A DNA stretch of 62,952 bases, the filler included, from Kipferlia bialata (Eukaryota): the NCBI GenBank assembly GCA_003568945.1. It is 4 parts of 4 records of this genome, joined end to end, with 100 filler letters (N's around TTAATTAATTAA, not from the genome) between each part and the next. Parts side by side here need not be neighbours in the genome. Positions count along the whole stretch, not along the records: positions 25,232 to 39,247 come from BDIP01000215.1; 3 more parts are not named here. One strand, given 5' to 3'. Under the pieces are notes generated by a model, which was given only the letters and a program-made list of their open reading frames with translations, searched no databases and had not been told where the DNA came from. Of this stretch, positions 26,579 to 39,347 are shown piece after piece. Within the stretch, counting starts at the first letter, position 1. Every line of letters starts with the position of its first letter. The translations under genes were made by a program, and so were the position numbers.

Positions 26579-27756
26579 CTTCCCTCTGTTGCATAAAACA
26601 GCGACAGATCGCATGTTCATAGATCGCTTGGTCAACTTGAGCTATTTCGGATAGTTGTTTTGTTTTTGTTTCAGGCTCAAGTGCAGTTCAATCAATAAGA
26701 ACTGTACCACTTCAAATACCATGTATATGGATAAATGTGTACTGGTCATCAATTTACTGGTCTGCTGGCGTTGGATACCACCTGTGTGCAGCTGTATGGC
26801 CGAAAGTACATATAGTTGGAATAGATATGATCGTCATAAGGGTTTAATGAAAATATGTGAATATATTGAACCCGCGACAGATCACAAGACAATCAGTCGA
26901 TATGAGACAGATACAGAAATGACAAGTGGGGCAATTAGGGCAATGCGATACATATCGCTCCCACCACATAGACACCTATAGATAGAACGCTGGAATATTC
27001 AGCAGAGTCATGAATTCGGCGCTGTAGCGGCTCCATACGACCCTCAACCTACTCAGACGAAGGGTTCAGCTTGTGGAGGCAAAAACTCATGATGACAGAA
27101 AGCTGAAGTAGATCAACTCTCTAAGGCACAGTTGATTTCTAGGGTCAATAGGTCGGTACGGGCTGCCTGCACATTCCGCGGTATGCGCGTATCCTCCTTT
27201 GGTCTAAGAGTCATGCTGTGGCACATCGACACATGATCCACTGAGAGCACACCTACTTGTCTCTGTGGTTGACTGTCATTTTCTGCGCTGTAGGCTCTGT
27301 TCTGCTGTGCATTGAGGTGTCGCTGGGAGTAACACCCTGTTCTTGGGAAACTGGGGGCAGGGACGTGTATAAAAGGGACCCCTCACACTTGGGATGGTCT
27401 TAAAGCTGCACGGTACATACACTTGTTTATTGAAGACCAAAGGCCCTTGAGGCTGCTCCCCCAGGAAGACAGCATAAATACCGTTAACATACTTGCGCCT
27501 CCAGGCAGCGGAACGCAGAGGCCCTGCATTGTAGTATGGTTTCTGTCGGAGGGAAATGAGTTCAGATTTCATCCAGAGACTCAATGTCTTCTCTACCGAC
27601 TCGAGGCATTGCCTCATACCACACCCCTTCCACTACCAAGCACACCCTACACCCTACTACAGGGTCAGGGTCACACTCTGATCTGGGGCATAGGGGAGCC
27701 AGTAGCTAGTAGCTAGTGTAGAGATACAGCTGTGAGTGGCTGAGACATACATACCC

Positions 27757-30700
27757 ATGTCCCTGGACTCCAACCCTCTCTTCAAATACAGGGTGGCGTC
27801 TAGGTGGATAGATAACCCAAGGTACGCGTGTGGTGTGGTGTGTGTATGTGTATTATCCCTAGTGGCACATATTCCTAGGCTCAGAGAAATCCCACTCTAT
27901 TTTTGGTTTATCATGTATACACGCCCCATACCGACCCTGGCTATGCTCTCTTTCTCTCTCTCTCTTATACACTTACCCCATAGGCTATGTCGTAGTGTTG
28001 AGTCCACATCTGCCCCCCAGGCCATACCCAGGTTCACCTCTACATGTTCAATCACCTACACTATGTACCTAACAATCACCGATGCATTCCTATAGACCCC
28101 ACTTGTATGTGTATGTATATGCCAGACACCTTCACTGCCCGTGTGTGCTGCCCTCCCCCTGAATCATATCCAGATATGTACTCATATATACTTATGCTCT
28201 TCAATCACCTACACTGTGTTCTCTTCTATTCTGATACCAACCAGCACACCAGACGATACCCATATATGTACCCTATAGTACATCGCCTACCCCCCCCTTA
28301 CCTGACCCCAGGGCAAGACCGATACACACTTATATGTATTAACTATCTCAGGTATTAATATCGTCCTTGTTCACCACCTTCCCATGTGTATCTGACCCCA
28401 GGCTGTCTGCCCCCAGGGCTAGACTGGGGCCACCCCCACTGGACGCAAGGTATGTGTGTGTGTATATGCCAGCTGATAATGCCTTTATCCCTGATGATAT
28501 ACCCCCACTGGAGTCAAGGTATGTATATGCAAGTGGAACCTATATACCCCTGCTATAGGGCCCCCCTAACCCACCAGACTGCCTTGGGACAGAGTGTGTG
28601 CAGTATCAGTACATATATTACACCTCTCACTGGCAGACTACCTGGTGAGACTGACTGTGTGCAGGCCATAGCGCAGGGACACATGGCGCCCACCCCTCTA
28701 CTACCACCGGCACTGCTCACGGCACAGGTATATGTATATGATATATACTATATATATACTATATATATATATTGAGTATGCAGTGAATGTAGTGTACCCA
28801 CACCCTTACTACCACCGGCACTGCTCACAGCACAGGTATATACTTATACACACACATATATATGTATACTATATATATACTATATGACTATGTGGAGTAT
28901 ATAGTATAACCACACCCTTACTACCACCGGCACTGCTCACAGCACAGGTGTGTGTGTATGTATATAAGGATCAATCTTTGGGATATGTTGTGTCTAGTGT
29001 ACCCACTCTGGCCTACCCATTTCCTATTTGTATCCTAACCCCGAGGACGCCCCTGCCAGGGTATGAGTATATATGTATCTGTACGATTATATTATATATA
29101 TCATTTATATACATGTATATACATGCTAACCCCCAGGACGCCCCTGCCAGGGGAAAGGGTGCACGGCAGGTGGTAGTGGGGGCTAGCAGGTACATATATA
29201 ACAGCGGTGTATATATATATGAATATATATATATCTCAATATCACTATTAGTGTATATGCAGGTGGTGGTGGGGGCTAGTTGGTTCTGGGTTCTGGTACA
29301 TATATATGTGTGTGGGAATGCATATGTAGGTCGGGGGATAGGGCTAGTAGGTACAGGGCTAGGAGTATATACATCTGGCGCTTGTGAGGTACCTGTCATT
29401 GGTATCATGTCTCACCCATAGGAACTTGAAGGCATTTAGAAAGGCCGCTTTGGCCGAGCATCCACTTACGGATTGGCAGGTGGGGGATCAGTGGCAGTCA
29501 CTTCTCTCTGTGGATGTGAACCGTAGTTCTCTCTGTCTCTATGGATAGCATCCTTACCCTTCAGTCCATCGAGCACCTGAACCCCAGTCCCCGTCTCCAT
29601 CTCCATCTCTCTCTCTATTCTATACATATTCTAACTCTAGTCTCTCTCACCATATATATATAGATGTGTGTGTGTGTATATATGTTTATATATATCTACG
29701 GATAACATACTTACCCCCAGTCCATCTAGCACATGAACCTCCGACCAGCTCTCTCTCTTTTCTCTATACTCTACATATTCTCACCCTTCAGTCTATCGAG
29801 CATCTGAACCTGAGTCACCAGGACCTGGGCGATGCATACCAGGCCACATACCTGCAGCACATACTAGGTGGGTATATAGTGTATATATGTGACGGTGAGA
29901 GATAAAGAATCGTTTATGGGCTACTGCACCGGTATGTCTAGTATATGTATATATATGTATGCATGTGTGTCTGACCCCAGGTGTGCAGTGCCAGCCCAAG
30001 ACGGCACCCCAGCTACTCAGCATAGACCTAGGGCATAACAGGTGGGATGTGTATGTGTGTATATATGCAGAGTATAACATGTACCAAGGATAGGCTCTGT
30101 GTCCAAGATAGTATGTTTGTATTCCACTACAGTATATATATATCGATACAATATTTATGCATGGTAATGACTTGAGACTATTCGCCCTAATCTCAGGATT
30201 GAGTCTCTGTCCAACATGTATCTGCCCCACATCCAGAAGCTGTACATGCAGGGTGGGTATATCCTATATTACGTATATATCATATATAGTGTACATGTAT
30301 AAATATACATATATACTTGTATCTGCCCCACATCCAGAAGCTGTACATACAGGGTGGGTGCACATGGATACAATAGTATGTATATTTGTAAATATAGTTA
30401 TGTGTGTGTGATTGAATGTCTAGTCCTTCTCTCTCACTCCCTCACTCTCTCTCACTCACTCCCGATATATATGTATCCCAACCCAGGCAAAAACAGACTT
30501 GAGTCTTTCTCTCTGCTCCTCTCTCTCTGTATATCAGTACATGCATATATATATATACTTACCCCTTAGGCAACAGCCTCGAGTCCTTCAAGGCCCTGCC
30601 CCTCTGTCCCAGACTGGAGGTGCTTTCCATAGACAGTAACCAGGTACATAGTAGTATATTCTGTATATACTCTTACCACACATATTCTTCATCCAGACAG

Positions 30701-31508
30701 ACAGCTTCCAGGGAAATACTTCGTATAGGGTGACAGAGGGAGTATATGTACCCCGATCTCTCTCTCCCTTGTCTCTTACCCCTAGATAGAGACCCTGCAG
30801 GGTCTAGAGCGCTTCCCCCTCCTCAGAGTGCTGAGTGTCAGGGACAACCCAGTGGCCACATCTTTCAGATTCCTAGAGAGGTATGCATTATGCATTCATA
30901 TTTGTATGGGTGTGGGTGTGTGTGTTGATAACAGTCATATATATATATATATTTATATGGGTGTGATTATATGTGCGTGTATCCATATCCTCACCCCATT
31001 GGTGTGTCGTGATGTGTCCTGTCCTTGCATGCATTTGTATATAAATATTTATATATGAATGCAAATATATGTGTATTAGAGAGGTATCAACCTATATTAA
31101 CCCCAGGTGTGTAGTGATGTGCCCTGTCCTTGATGTATGCAATGGCATACCCTGTCAGGCACTGCAGCAGGCAGCAAATGCACACGCCATACTCAGGAAA
31201 CTCAACCCTAGGTATACAGTTTATAGTGTATAGTATATAGTATATGTATAATGTGCGTGTTGGTCTCTCACCCTAGACGCCTTGCCTCCCGCATGGCCCA
31301 GATGAGTTTGACCAACAAGGACCTGTTGACCGAGGAAGACATAGGGAAGGAGGGGAAGAGTAAGAGGAGAGGGAGGGGGAGAGAGGCTGATATTGAGAGG
31401 GGTGAGGGTACCAGACACGTCCAGATTGATAATAGGGAGGTGGATGTAGGGGAGAGAGCGGGGGAGAGAGAGAGAGGAGGGGAGGGTGGAGACTGGGGGG
31501 AAGGGTGA
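27757..31508 (+). CDS. Leucine-rich-repeat protein (multi-exon)
   Basis: LRR units IEHLNLSHQDL, LLSIDLGHNR, LPLCPRLEVLSIDSNQIETLQGLERFPLLRVLSVRDNPV. The last exon ends at TGA 31506-31508; the 5' exons are uncertain. Confidence 0.65.
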
Positions 31509-31830
31509 CACAATAGACCGATAGCCAGTGGTGCAAGTGTTGCTTCTATTGTGGTATACTATTAACAGTGTCAGTGTATGTATATGTACTCAGTCGGATA
31601 CTCCCTTCATTTGTATCTACAGAGACCCAGAAAGAGAGGGACTGTTTGACACACAATTCCATACACAACACACAACCAAAAACACTAATTCGTCTATTTG
31701 AAGCCAGTCCTAAAGACCAGCATGCAATAAATACACTCTAAGATGCAATATGCAATCACACACATTGCGTTAATCAACAATCAATTATCTACACTACACC
31801 GACACACACTACCACAGCCTCCCCTGCTGC

Positions 31831-33764
31831 TTACCAGGCCTCAATCACAACGAGGCCCTTGTCGCACAGCTCGTCGTACCTCTTCTGGGCACCGTCTGCT
31901 GTGAGGCCTCCTGCTGTCACCATGGAGTCCTTGATGATGGAGACAATGTCCTCGGGAGTGCGGCCGGCAGGGCCACAGTAGCCGAAGAACCCGTCGACGG
32001 CACCGAGGCTGTTCCAGACCCTCTCCGGGTTCTCCCTCATCCTGTGGGTCACGTACACCTTCTTGGCCTGCTCCCTCGAGAAGGCAGTCACGTAGTCGCA
32101 CAGACCCATCTTCTCCCACTTCTCAAACTCGTCGATGCAGAGGGCGTCCTCGTTCCTGCGCCTGCAGCCAAAGTAGATGGTGCACTTGCCCTGCATGATG
32201 CCTCTGTTGTACAGGGCCTCGCGGTGCTGCATGAAGGAGCGGAAGGGGGCAATGCCGGAGCCAAGGCCCACGCAGGTGATGGGGACCATGGGATCCGAGG
32301 GGGGCTGGAGGGGGGAGGACTTGATCTGGACAGCCACCATGGGGTTCTCAAAGACGTTGAGGTCCTTGAGGTACCGGGTGCACTGGCCGTACCTCATGGT
32401 GCCCTTGGCTGTCTTCCAGTCAACGATGCCGATGACGAGCTGGATCTGCTCGGGGTGCATCATGTGGCTGGAGGCAATGGAGTAGAGACGGGGGTTGTTG
32501 CCGGGGATCATCTCGATCAGGTAGTCCAGAGAGACAGACACAGACTTGAACATGTCAAACACCTCGTGGTAGCGCACAGACTCGGCCACAAACTGCTCGG
32601 CAAACTCGTCCTTGCCCTCCTTGGCGGTCAGGTGCAGCAGCCTCTCCCTCTCGGACCTGTCGGTAGTGAAGGGGATCAGCGACTTGAGGAAGGACTTGGT
32701 GATGGGGCCGCAGACGTCCAGGTAGAGGCCGAACACCTCACGGACAGTCAGGGAACGGGACAGGCCGGGGGGGACCTCGGTGTCGCCGTTGCCGCGGACA
32801 GTGATGACCATCTCGGGGTCGATGGAGAGCCTCTTGCAGAGGGTGTCCACGACATCGGTGGGAGCCCTGGCCAGAATGGAGATGTGGAAGCCAGTCTCGT
32901 AGGTGAGGGTGGTGTTCTCAAGCTCGAAGTGGAACTTGTAGGCGTCCCTGGGCACTCCGTTGGGGGTGATCTTCTCGGAGTGGGAGAGCCTGACGTACTG
33001 GAACTTGGGAGGGGGGGGAGGGGGCATCTGCATGGAGGCAGTACGCACACAGGTGAACTTGGGCTCGGGGATCTGGCAGCCACCGGCGTCAGCGGCACCG
33101 AGGGCGTCCCAGAGCTGCTCCATCCAGGGGCCGAGGGCGCCCTCGTACTTCTCGGGGTGGAGCTCGTCTCCCATGCCGAGGGGCACGAGGGACTTGGCGC
33201 CGAGGGCCTTCATCCTGTCGTCGACCTCAATAGCAGCCTGGCAGAACATGGGGTAGGAGGAGGAACCAATGCCAAAGACACCCACGCGGGTGTTCTCAAA
33301 GAGGTTCTCGGCGTGGTCGGAGGACTCGAGCCACTCCCAGAAGTTGGCTGCGTTGTCGGGGTGCTCACCCATGCCGAAGGTGGAGGTGACGTAGACCAGG
33401 AGGCCGGACTTGATGAGGGTCTCGGGGTTGATCTTCTCGATCGGCTTGAGGGTCACGGCAAACTCGACGTCCTTGTTCTTGGCCTCGGAGGCAATGCGCT
33501 TGGCAATCTCCTTGGAGTTACCGGTCTGGGTGGCGTACACGATGGTCAGGGGGGTGCCCTCGACGTTGGTGGAGGGGGAGTCGTCCTCCTCGTCCTCAGT
33601 GGGCCTGAACACAATGCCGGACCTGTCGGAGTAGTGGGTGTGGAGCAGCTCGTGGGACTTGTGGGACAGGGGCTTCTCGAGGAACTCCTTGTAGAGCTGG
33701 GCAATGTCGGGGTTCTCGTGAGACCTCCTGGGGGGTGAGAATGGAGAGAGAGCGGGGGACACAT

Positions 33765-33795
<31 letters not shown>

Positions 33796-34582
33796 CCTGA
33801 GAGTGGACCTCTCGTCGATGTTGTAGATGGCCTCAGTCCTCTTCTGGAGGATGTTGGGGTTGAGGGAGCGGGGCTGTCCGCCTCCTCCGATGCAGCCACC
33901 GGGGCAGGCCATGACCTCGACAAAGTGGTACTCCTTCTCGCCGGCCCTGATGCCGTCGAGCAGCTTCTGGGCGTACTTGATGCCAGAGGCAACGGCGATG
34001 CGGAGGGTCTTCTTCTCACCGGTGGGGAGGGGAACCTCAACCATGGCCTCCTGGATGTCAGTGTCAGAATCTATACATATGGATATACTCATATATACAT
34101 TTGTGTATCAGTATGCATACCTTGATGCCGTCAAAGCCACGCACGGGGGCGTAGTTGAGGACGGGGAGGGGGGTGCCAGAGGCCAGCTCGTAGGCAGTGC
34201 GCAGGGCGGCCTCCATAACACCTCCAGTGGCACCGAAGATGATGGCGGCACCTGGGGGTGAGGGGAGAGAGGGGGGGGGGGGGTATGTATCATATATATA
34301 TATATACTAGTATATGTACACACCTGTGCCGGATCCGAGGGGGCAGTCGAACTTGGACTCGGGCAGCTGGTTGAACACAATGTGGTGCTTACGCACGAGC
34401 TTTCCGAGCTCGCGGGTGGTGATCACTGCGTCGATGTCGGCGACACCGTCGGTGGAGAGCTGGGCACGGGCGATCTCCTGCTTCTTGGCGGTACAGGGCA
34501 TCACGGAGCAGGAGAAGATCTGGGAGGGGGCGACGCCGAGCTTCTTGGCGTAGTAGGACTTGATGAGAGCTCCCATCATTCC
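31831..34582 (-). CDS. hydA: [FeFe]-hydrogenase fused to flavodoxin + FAD/NAD(P)H (CPR/CysJ-like diflavin reductase) domains; 5' partial
   Basis: Exons 34324-34582, 34121-34251, 33797-34050, 31831-33727. H-cluster motifs SVMPCTAKKQE and EVMACPGGCIGGGGQP, IFGATGGVMEAALRT, small-subunit RRSHENP..SHELLHTHY; FMN motifs YATQTGNS and TSTFGMGEHPDNA; FAD motif RLYSIASS; NAD(P) motifs GLGSGIAPF, YFGCR, AFSR..KVYV; terminal Trp. Confidence 0.95.
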
Positions 34583-34864
34583 CTGGTGTAAGTGAGAGAG
34601 AGATAATGGGGGGGGGGGGGACGGGAGGGGGGGGGGGGGGGGGGGAGGGGGGGAGGTGGGGGGGGGGGGGGGGGGGGGGGGGGAGATATACATATCACCA
34701 TATATGTAGGGGAGGGGGTATGTGACATCCATACTCACTTTGCCCTGTAGTACCCTGCCTCCATCAGCACTAACACATACTTGTATCAAATATATACCAT
34801 GTACATGCACTCTTATATACATAGATACATACAGTATATATTCATATATAGTATATACACTCAC

Positions 34865-35569
34865 TTTGCCCTGTAGTACCCTGCCTCCATCAGCACCTCC
34901 ACAATGCGGTCATAGGCTGCAGCCTGGAGAGTTAGGTATATAGCCAAGAGATAGCAAGATCCATATATAGTGTGCGGTCACAGGCTGCAGCCTAAAGAGT
35001 TAGATATATAACCAAGAGATAGAAATATCCATATAGGGTAGTGTGCGGACATATGCTGCGGCCTGTGGGGTGAGTCAGGGAGTAATACACAGTTATGTAA
35101 CTAAGCGCAGAGTATGTATATAGCGATGTATACCTCTCTGGAGTCGAAGCAGTCCCTGCCTCTCCGGTCAGGACGGTCAGTCAGGTCAAACCCTGGGGTG
35201 AAGGGAAGGTGTATGATAGTGGTGTGTGAAAGGAGCGGGGTTGGGGGAGGGGGGGGGGGTAACTACAACACGTCCAATCATAGTCAATGATACAACTGCA
35301 ACATACGGAATAGAATGGGACATAAAACAAAACACATACATGAACAACACTCCCACGGGATAACCACCTTAACACTTAATTGTGAGTAACGAGTGTGTAT
35401 GCACTGACCATAATCAACCAAAACGAGGTACCCACTCGTGAAGTGAAGGAATACACTATATACCCAGTTACTCATACAGTAGAGTGGAAGCATACACATC
35501 TAACACACTCTAACACACACTCTAACACACACATACACACTATGTACCTGGTGGGAGGGGTCGGGGCAT
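34865..35569 (-). CDS. CCDC93: CCDC93-like protein N-terminus (3 exons, 3' partial)
   Basis: Spliced MPRPLPPG|FDLTDRPDRRGRDCFDSRE|AAAYDRIVEVLMEAGYYRAK resembles the conserved CCDC93 motif ILELLVAAGYFRAR (recalled, not searched). Confidence 0.6.
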
Positions 35570-36207
35570 CCTAGAGACCAGTCTATGGAGAGTGGGGCAC
35601 AGTCAGTCTGCATGCTGTCAAATAAACCCTTTTCTCGTATTTGATTTCTCACCGAATCGACAACTCCACACAGCTCTCTCTCGCTCCCCACTGGTTGTGC
35701 CCCTGTGGAGTGTACACTCAGTCACACGCAGGTACAGTTAGTTATGTGTTAGAGAGGGACTAGTACTGTGATAATTGAGGGGAGGACAGCCCGTTGACGC
35801 AGAATTAGTCCCCGAGGGAATGTGTGTATATGTCATTGAGTGTGTTGGTACGTTCTTGACACTTATTCAACACTCATCCTGCAGGTGACAGCCCTGGAAG
35901 ACAAGAGTATAGAAGAGAGGGAGAGAGAGATACGATGGCCAAGCTGACCGAGGTGGACCTCACAAGGCACGATTGGTATAGTGTAGAATAGAAAGTGTAT
36001 GTATTAGCGGTGAGCATTACTTATGGCCGCATATGTTACTTACTAAGGCTACTTATGAGATGCATCCCTCCCCCCATCTCCATCGACGTTTGGCTCTTCT
36101 CTCTCCTACTGTTACTGACCCTCAAACTTGATACCAATTATTTCCCTATAGGTATCTCTCTATAGCGTATAGTAGTACTATTCTTACCACCCATTCCGAT
36201 TGTGTGG

Positions 36208-36254
<47 letters not shown>

Positions 36255-36755
36255 TTCTCTTNNNNNNNNNNNNNNNNNNNNNNNNNNNNNNNNNNNNNNN
36301 NNNNNNNNNNNNNNNNNNNNNNNNNNNNNNNNNNNNNNNNNNNNNNNNNNNNNNNNNNNNNNNNNNNNNNNNNNNNNNNNNNNNNNNNNNNNNNNNNNNN
36401 NNNNNNNNNNNNNNNNNNNNNNNNNNNNNNNNNNNNNNNNNNNNNNNNNNNNNNNNNNNNNNNNNNNNNNNNNNNNNNNGTAGGTAGATATATATACATG
36501 TGGAGAGAGAAAGAGAGGGGGGGGGGGCAGGTGAGTGTAAGACACTCAGAAGTTGGAGGTCAATACGTATGGCATGGTAGATATAGAGAAGTGAGAGTAG
36601 TATGATATTACTATTGTGATACAAATCCTAAACAGCAGTGCCCTACCTCGGCCGTAATGGCAGCCAGCTCAGATCCAGGAGTATTGCCACAGTACAATGA
36701 TCATACATATATAGACATCGACCATATATACATATATACAGAGAGAGAGACATAC

Positions 36756-37609
36756 CTCGGCCTGGATGGCAGCCAGCTTCCTCTCCTGGTCAGTCACGTG
36801 CTGAGGGTGAGAAAGAGAATGGTACACTTATATAGCAATGCACAACACATACATATGCTGAGGATGTTAGAGAGAGACATATATATCAATACCTGCTGGA
36901 TCTCCCTCTCAGCCTCCTTCTGGGCTGTCTTGAGCATCCACTCCACATACAAACACATACATAAATACGATTGCTATACTATATACATATATCCAATACC
37001 TGCTGGATCTCCCTCTCAGCCTCCTTCTGGGCTGTCTTGAGCATCTTGAACCTGTCGGCACGGGCATGGTCGATGATCTGGGGGGTCAATCACATACAGG
37101 GAGAGGGAAAATAATGCGACAACCATACGAGGAGAATCATACATGAGGGGATAATGATAATGACTCCTAAGCTTCTACAATGACGACTGGTACCAAAACA
37201 CAAACTGGTGTATTACCTGACGAGCCTCGGCCTCAGCCTGGAGAAGACCCTCGATACCTGACATAAGGAGAGAAGGAACACTCACATAAACACTAGCTAA
37301 CACACACAGAACTTAAACCGAACAGTACGAGTGAAACAACAAATGGCACTGCTTTGGGAAAACTTCCTTGACAGACTGCCAACATGCCCCAATCCAATAC
37401 CACTTGGGTGTATATACAAATACCAAGCAACACTGCTAGCTATATCGTTCCAGAAGGCCCAAAAACACACTTAACATCTTCAAATCCACGAATTGCACAC
37501 GTATAGGCCAATTAAGTGCACTAATTACTTGAAAACACCAACAGCTACAACATAGACGTGGAAAACTGAACAGAAGACAAAGAATTGTCTCACCTGGCCT
37601 GCGGGACAT
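36756..37609 (-). CDS. ATP6V1G: V-type ATPase subunit G (3' partial, runs toward gap 36262-36479)
   Basis: Spliced MSRRPG|IEGLLQAEAEARQ|IIDHARADRFKMLKTAQKEAEREIQQ|HVTDQERKLAAIQAE matches the GIxxLLxAExxA..AR..R...LKxAxxEAxxEI signature. Confidence 0.85.
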
Positions 37610-37784
37610 GTGCTATCAATGCTTGAAGAGGAAGGGAGAGCCTAAATCACTAAAACTGGCACAATAACGTAAATCATTAAAGTAGGCTTCGGAGATTCTC
37701 CTGAATTGCCGACAATTTGCCGGTTCTGCATTCGGAAAATATCTTGAAACTTGGAAAGCATGTTCTCTTTGTCGTTGATAGAAT
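37610..37784. promoter_or_regulatory. Short bidirectional promoter (V-ATPase G / importin alpha)
   Basis: 175 nt between divergent ATGs; contains CGGAGATTCT (37690) and CGACAATTTG (37710), both also found upstream of RPS6/RPAC2. Confidence 0.5.
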
Positions 37785-39085
37785 ATGGATTCCAACGCCG
37801 TTAGGTCAGTCAGAGGAGGCGAGAGCCTCGAGGACACCCGTAAGCGTGGAGTAGGCTTCTCTGTGGGTATCAGGAAGAAGGATCGCCAGAGCAGGCTCCA
37901 GAAGAGGAGGCAGATGGCCAACCAGGCCAACCAGGAGACTGCCCCTTCCCAGGAGGAGGATTCTGCCTCTGTGTTCCTCACCAACGCCGATATTGACCGT
38001 ATTTTCAACGTTATCATGTTCGGACAGGACATTGAGGTGAGATATGTCATTGTGTTGCTCTCTCTGTCTACTGTCGTGTCGCGTCTTTCTCTTGTTGTGT
38101 GTCTTCCTCTGACTTCCTCTTACCCTCAGGAGACCACCAAGTGTATGAAGCAGCTCAGGCTTTCTCTTGCCAGGAGCCAGGGATCCCCATACAAGAGGGT
38201 CATTGAGACACAGGGTGAGTAGACTACAGTCCACATATGTCACTTATCATTGCGAGTTTGCTTGTTATTTTGCTGACTTGCGGTTCTTTTCTAGCACTGG
38301 AGCGTGAGGATATGTATTAGGTTATGTTGGTGGTTTCTTCCTATTCACCTTTGTGCAGATGACTTGTTCTTGTATATCTTCTCATACCAGGAGTGCTCCC
38401 CCGTATCGTTGAGCTCCTTGGTGCCCAGGCCTCCCCTCTGATCGTTGAGTCCACATGGGCACTCACAAACCTGGGTATGTGTGTATATGTTAATACTCTT
38501 TCTATATTCTCTTAATCTCCCTCTCTCTCTCCACTCACCCTCAGTGTCTGACACCCACGAGCCCTGTGCCGCTGTTGTTGAGTGCAACGCCATCCCACCC
38601 CTGATGGCCCTGCTTAACCACACAGTCCCAGCTGTCGTGGAGCAGGTATGTATACTCTTGAGTATACATAGATATAGACCGGGGAGGTGATGCGTGGGGG
38701 GGGAGGGGGGGATATTGATATGTGGCCCATCTAGTCTTCTCTCTCTCTCTCTTTTCCTTCCTCACCCCAGGCCATCTGGTGCATCTCCAACATCGCTGGA
38801 GACTGCGTGGACTTCAGGTAGGCATATATATATATATATATGTACTATTTATTATGTATGGCTTTGTGTATAGTTATAGATATATGTATTATTCCCCTTA
38901 CCCCCAGGGACCAGGTCATCGATGCCGGTTTCCAGCAGGTCCTGTGCCAGCTCTCTGTCAGGTACATATAGGGATACACACAATCAACTATTATTATGGC
39001 TATTAGATACCCTCTCACCCCCTAGGCCCGATGTCGGCACCGAGCTCCACAAGAACCTTGTGTGGTCCATGTCCAACCTGGTCAG
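37785..39085 (+). CDS. KPNA: Importin alpha (IBB + ARM repeats), 3' partial
   Basis: IBB-like RKRGVGFSVGIRKKDRQSRLQKRR; ARM motifs ESTWALTNL, VVEQAIWCISNIAGD and NLVWSMSNLVR. Confidence 0.9.
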
Positions 39086-39247
39086 GTATGCACTATTGTA
39101 TATATATATAAGTACACACACACATATATATATATATATATTGACACTTGAATGAATATCATGTCCAACCTGGTCAGGTACTTAATGTATATATATATAT
39201 ATATTAGAAGCCCCCCCACCCCCCCCTGCACAAGTCCCTATATCTCT

Positions 39248-39347
39248 NNNNNNNNNNNNNNNNNNNNNNNNNNNNNNNNNNNNNNNNNNNNTTAATTAAT
39301 TAANNNNNNNNNNNNNNNNNNNNNNNNNNNNNNNNNNNNNNNNNNNN
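39248..39347. other. Artificial contig linker (44N-TTAATTAATTAA-44N)
   Basis: Same 100-nt structure as at 25132. Confidence 0.95.

Noticed and set aside
25354..26635. Treating this minus-strand gene as the HELQ N-terminus
   Set aside because: It is separated from HELQ by an artificial linker, so there is no evidence of continuity.
26655..27735. High-complexity intergenic stretch with 100-aa ORFs
   Set aside because: No splice pattern, protein motif or RNA structure recognised.
1..31500. Numerous 60-150 aa ORFs rich in Y/I/C/V or R/E
   Set aside because: Translations of (TA)n, (TG)n and (GA)n intronic microsatellites, not genes.
32044..33738. 564-aa plus-strand ORF
   Set aside because: Antisense shadow of the GC3-rich hydrogenase-reductase exon; no recognisable protein.
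34324..35569. A genuine CCDC93-hydrogenase fusion protein
   Set aside because: Splice phases are incompatible, the essential hydrogenase P1 motif is missing, and the junction is a long G homopolymer.
35885..35970. Possible first coding exon MAKLTEVDLT on the plus strand
   Set aside because: Too short, needs a GC donor and runs into a gap; no product can be supported.
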